Shown here piece by piece: positions 59,098 to 64,000 of a stretch of 64,000 bases of DNA. Made by a program: the position numbers and the translations under genes. Under the pieces are notes generated by a model that was given only the letters and a program-made list of their open reading frames with translations, made no database searches and was not told the origin of the DNA. Numbering within the stretch: position 1 is the stretch's first letter; each line of letters opens with the position of its first letter. The DNA lies in NCBI GenBank assembly GCA_030390025.1, contig JASTWF010000069.1, positions 248,001 through 312,000 of the forward strand. Reading direction: 5' to 3'. Source of the stretch: Squalus acanthias (lineage: Eukaryota).

Positions 59098-60954
59098 CTT
59101 GTGGTGAAGGTGCTCCCGCGGCGCCGTTAGGTCGGGAGTTGTGGGATTTTGAACCAGCGACGATGACGGAACGGCCGATATATCTCCAAGTCGGGGACGG
59201 TGAGTGTGTGTGTGACTCGGAGGTGATGGTGTTCCCATGCACCGACTATCCTTGTCCTTCCAGGAGTGGTGCTGGAGGTGACGTGTCTGGGAGGTTTTGT
59301 CGAAGAATGTGGCACTGGGCACAGAAGAGAAAGAAGACTTGTTATCCTCCTTGTCCTGTCACCCTCCTCCAGGAAGCTTCAACCCCAGCCAATAAACTCA
59401 TTCTTTCCCCCAAAAAAGCCTTCTTTTCAGTAAATCCAACTCCTTCTCTCATCTCATTAAACATTTCCCCCCCCCAACAGCTCCTTCTCTGGGCTTCCTG
59501 AATGTGTTTTTCCCCCAATAGGCTGAGCTTTCTGAAGTTGGCCATTGAGTTTGACCTTTCACCTCCCAGCCCACTTTCCAATTTGAACATTTTCTTCCCC
59601 CAACGGTTTCTGCTCGCGCCAGTCGCGGGCCGGGAGCCAGCCGGCCAATCAGGGGCCGAGGAGCGCTGTCACTCAGCGGTGGCCCCGCCCACTCTGGCTC
59701 CGCCCCTCCCATCGCTCGCTGATCCACAAGGAGTCTCTCCCTCACTGTGTTTGTCTCTGTAACAGGCTCAGTCCGTGTGTTCAGAGCCGGAGATTGACGG
59801 AGAGACAGACCGAGCCCCCAGTCCCCCCGCCCATATCAGTTTGCAGCATCCAGACATCAAACCGCGGCAGGTTAGCCTGACACCCTGTAAAGGTCTTGGT
59901 TACATCTGTGCTGTGTGGAGACTGAATTTGTGATTCGAGCCACACAGAGTCCCGGAGGCCGGTCTCTCCCCCTCCCCGCAGCGCCGAGACCATCGCTCGC
60001 TCTGCCCGGAGTCCGGGCCCACATCCCCCGGATACCATCGCTCGCTCTGCCCGGAGTCCGGGCCCACATCCCCCGGATACCATCGCTCGCTCTGCCCGGA
60101 GTCCGGGCCCACATCCCCCGGATACCATCGCTCGCTCTGCCCGGAGTCTCTCTTCACTGTGACAATGGCGGCGCTGCACAGCTGACAGGAGGAAGAGATG
60201 GTTCAGCTCTGACTGACACCCCTGGCGGCCAATCACAGCCCCGGGATTGACCGCAGTAAAAGGAAACAACAGGAAGTCACCAGAGAGCCGAGGGAGTGTC
60301 TGGCTGTTCGACAGTTTGTGACGCGCCTATTTTCAGTAACAAACTCACTGAGGCTCTTTCCCCACCCGGGGAGGGGGAGAGGGACCCCAACGCCCGCTGA
60401 TCCACCAGGAGTCTCTCCCTCTCTTTGTTTCTCTCTCTCTGTGTCCCGCTCTCTCTCTGTAACAGGCTCAGTGCGCCTCCTCCAGGTGAAAGGTTAAACT
60501 CAATGGCCAACTTCAGAAAGCTCAGTCTATTGGGGGAAAAACACATTCAGGAAGCCCAGAGAAGGAGCTGTGGTGGGAAAATTTTAATGAGATGGGAGAA
60601 GCAGTTGGATTTACTCCAAAGAAAGTATTTTTAGTGAAAGAATGAGTTTATTGGCTGGGATTGAGGCTTCCTGGAGGAGGGTGACAGGACAAGGAGGATA
60701 ACAAGTCTTCTTTCTCTTCTGTGCCCAGTGCCACATTCTTCGACAAAACCTCCCAAACACGTCCCCTCCAGCACCACTCCTGGAAGGACAAGGACAGCCG
60801 GCGCATGGGAACACCATCACCTCCAAGTTCCCCCTCCGAGTCACACACTCACCGTCCCCGACTTGGAGATATATCGGCCGTTCCATCATCGTCGCCGGTT
60901 CAAAATCCCCCAACTCCCGACCTAACGGTGCCACGGGAGCACCTTCACCACAAG
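59098..60954. repeat. Second inverted-repeat cassette with inverted promoter/ATG exon and 45-bp repeat
   Basis: Duplicate of 27334-29201. Confidence 0.8.
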
Positions 60955-62035
60955 AATTAACCGTGCTCTTAGCCAAGCTGTTCCAGTGCAGCTACAACAC
61001 TGGCATCTACCCGACAATGCGGAAAACTGCCCGGGTATGTCCTGTCCACAAAGAGGTTGAAGGGGAACATTGGGTAGGGCACCGAAGAACTCTCCTGGTC
61101 TTACTCAGGGAATGCCATGGCATTGTTTACATTACATCTCCGCCCCTGCCTCAGCTCATCCGCTGCTGAAACCCTCACCCGTGCCTTTGTTACCTCCAGA
61201 CTCGACTATTCCAACGCTCTCCTGGCCGACCTCCCACCTTCCACCCTCCGTAAACTGAGCTCCTCCAAAACTCTGCTGCCCCGTGTCCTAACTCGCACCC
61301 AGTCCCCTTCACCCGTCACCCCCTGTCGCTCGCTGACCTACACTGGCTCCTGGTTAAGCAATGCCTCGATTTAAAATTCTCATCCTTGTGTTCAAATCCC
61401 TTCATGGCCTCCTCGCCCTCTCCCTATCTCTGTAACCTCCTCCAGCCCCACAACCCATGGAATAAAAGGGACAGTGGCAGCATGGATACGGAATTGGCTA
61501 AGTGACAGGAAACAGAGAGTAGTGGTGAACGGTTGTTTTTCGGACTGGAGGAAGGTACACAGTGGTGTTCCCCAGGGGTCGGTACTAGGACCACTGCTTT
61601 TCTTGATATATATTAATGACTTAGACTAGGATGTACAGGGCACAATTTGAAAATTTGCAGATGACACAAAACTTGGAAGTATAGTGAACAGTGAGGAGGA
61701 TAGTGATAGACTTCAAGAGGATATAGACAGGCTGGTGGAATGGGCGGACACGTGGCAGATGAAATTTAACGCAGAAAAGTGTGAAGTGATACATTTTGGT
61801 AGGAAGAACGAGGAGAGGCAATAGAAACTAAAGGGTACAATTCTAAAGGGGGTGCATGAACAGAGAGACCTGGGGGTATATGTAAATAAATCGTTGAAGG
61901 TGACAGGGCAGGTTGAGAAACCGGTTAAAAAAGCGAACGGAATCCTGGGCTTCATAAATAGAGGCACAGGGTACAAAAGCAAGGAAGTTATGATGAAACT
62001 TTATAAAACCCTGGTTCGGCCTCAACTGGAGTATT

Positions 62036-63450
62036 GGGGGCGATTTTCCCAATGGAGGCGGGTTTCGGTTTGGGTGGGTTCCAAACCCGCCTCCACTCAG
62101 AGGTGGGAAAAATTTGCGATTTTCCCCTAATTGGCCAGTTGATTTCAGAGGTGTGAGTTCCCCTGGGCCAACTAGTGTTTTGGGACTGAAACTCGCCTCT
62201 ACTGACGTCACTCATCCAGCGTCATTTAAGGGCTGCTTGTTGCCTTGGCTCATTCCACTGGTTCTTGGTCGATGCTGCACCACCTCCAAGCTGTTATCTC
62301 CTTGAAGAATGGCCAGCTCCAAGGCAAGGGTCTCCCCGAGGTTCTCGGATGAGGCGCTGGGTATGCTGGTTGAGGGGGCGAGAGCTAGCAGGGAGGTGCT
62401 CTTCCCCTCATCTGGGAGGAAGAGGCCTCCCAAAGAAACCAAGGCTGTGTGGGTCCAGCTGGCAAGGGATATAACCTCCAGATCTGTGTGCAGATTGGGT
62501 GATTGATTCTGTTCATTGATGAAATGCCATCCCTGTGGGAATGTATTAAAATTAGGTGATGGCAAACTGTTGGCGTGATGGCATCTGTTATTTCGGCTTA
62601 GGCAGCTCCACATTGCAGGCTCCACGACACTTGCGTGGTCAGGTTGGTGGTCAGAGTGAAAGGAGGCCAGAGAGTCATGTCCTTTGTCTATCCTGTGTTA
62701 AGAAGGAGCCAAGCACATGTGCCACAATGGGCAACCTGTGCAAATCTGGCCAGGATGAGTGCATTCCTTGCACGACGTGCTTCCATGCGCTGGCGCCTTC
62801 TGCCCTGTGCAGCATCAGGTGGGTGAGCAGGAGGTTGGGGCTCCTGCTGCTGTTGCTGCTGAGCTGCCTGGTTCTGCTGCTGCCGTGGCTGCTCCTCATC
62901 CGAATCTGAGGTCCATGATGAAAGGAAATAAATGGTTCCCATGCTGCTGGCAGATACCTCCGTTGGGGAAGCGCTCAGTCCAAGTGGGGAGAGGGTCTTC
63001 CAAGGAGGTCCCACAGTTGAGAGATAGAAGCTGCAGCACCTCCGACTTCGGTAGGCCTGCAAAAAGTGCTGAAAGACCTTTGGAACAAAAGTTCTGCCAC
63101 CTGCAACAGCTTCCTGATGAAAGCTCCGTTTTAATGGAGCTGCAGCTGTGAGGAGGCCACCCACTTGTCAACCCGCCAGGATTGGCTGGCGTGGTTTAGG
63201 AGGGTCGTGCAACACGCACAAAATGTGGTAAAATAACAAAGGCCTGTCAAAATCGGATTGCAGAGGCCCTTAACTACCATTTAAGGGTCTACCTCTCCCG
63301 ATTGATGGAGGCGGGACCGAATCGCACCCATCAAACCCGCCTCCGGCAAAATTGCGCGGAGGCGGGTTCCGAACCCACCCTCAGTTTTTGCCATTTTGCC
63401 AACTGTCCCGCCTCCAAACCCACCTCCTCGGGGCTGGGAAAGTCACCCCC
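62036..63450. mobile_element. Duplicate of the PIF/Harbinger-type element inside CR1
   Basis: Same TIRs and Myb-like remnant (62309-62506). Confidence 0.72.
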
Positions 63451-64000
63451 ACAGTGTCCAATTCTTGGCACCGCACTTTAGGAAGGATGTGAAGGCCTTA
63501 GAGAGGGTGCAGAAAAGATTTACTAGAATGGTCCCAGGGATGAGGGACTTCAGTTATGTGGATAGACTGGAGAAGGTTGAGAGGAGATTTGATAGAGGTG
63601 TCCAAAATCATGAGGGGTCTGGACAGAGTAGATAGAGAGAAACTGTTCCCATTGGTGGAAGGGTGGAGAACCAGAGGACACAGATTTAAGGTGATTGGCA
63701 GAACAACCAAAGGTGACATGAGGAAACGCTTTTTTACGCAGCGAGTGGTGAGGATCTGGAATGTTCTGCCTGAAATGGTGGTGGAGGCAGATTCAACCGT
63801 GGCTTTCAAAAGGGAATTGGATAAGTACCTGAAGGAAACAAATTTGCAGGGCTACGGGGAAAGGGTGGGGGAGTGGGACTAGCTGAAGTGCTCTTGCAGA
63901 GAGCCGGCACGGGCTCGACGGGCCGAATGGCCTCCTACTGTGCTGTAACCATTCTATGATTCTGACCCTCCGAGATCTCTGCGCTCCTCCAATTCTGGCC

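Larger units (their letters stand above)
44553..64000 (+). repeat. Segmental duplication of ~10848-32250 (unit C versus unit A)
   Basis: Colinear homology with identical ORF series; offsets ~33.7-34 kb before V2, then 31,665, then 31,764 after the minisatellite. Confidence 0.95.

Overview
Repeat-rich vertebrate genomic DNA. The repeat families (CR1, Tx1 and L2 LINEs, a Deu-domain tRNA-SINE, PIF/Harbinger derivatives) point to a cartilaginous fish, but this is an inference. Most ORF-track entries are LINE pieces, minisatellite read-through or antisense noise. The biology lies in a tandem, segmentally duplicated cluster of spliced genes that the ORF track only shows in fragments. They encode type-I membrane receptors with B7/butyrophilin-family IgV domains and no IgC domain. 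Gene A (12684-21400, +) is ATG / leader / V1 / Pro-rich linker / V2 / TM / short tail, about 313 aa. Gene C (46743-53065, +) is ATG / leader / V / TM / tail, about 188 aa, and has an Arg at the start of its TM. A 5'-truncated relic B (35508-40989) lies between them. A and C are each preceded by an inverted, truncated pseudo-V exon fused to a 33-bp minisatellite, and followed by an inverted orphan copy of their own promoter/first exon held between ~470-bp inverted repeats. The five V copies vary mainly on the predicted C-C' and F-G face and show mosaic, conversion-like variation. The two promoters differ (ISRE-like in A, X/Y-box-like in C), and intron 1 opens with a hammerhead-like insert. Gene models were built by hand from splice signals and phase consistency, without expression data. 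Repeat boundaries are approximate.
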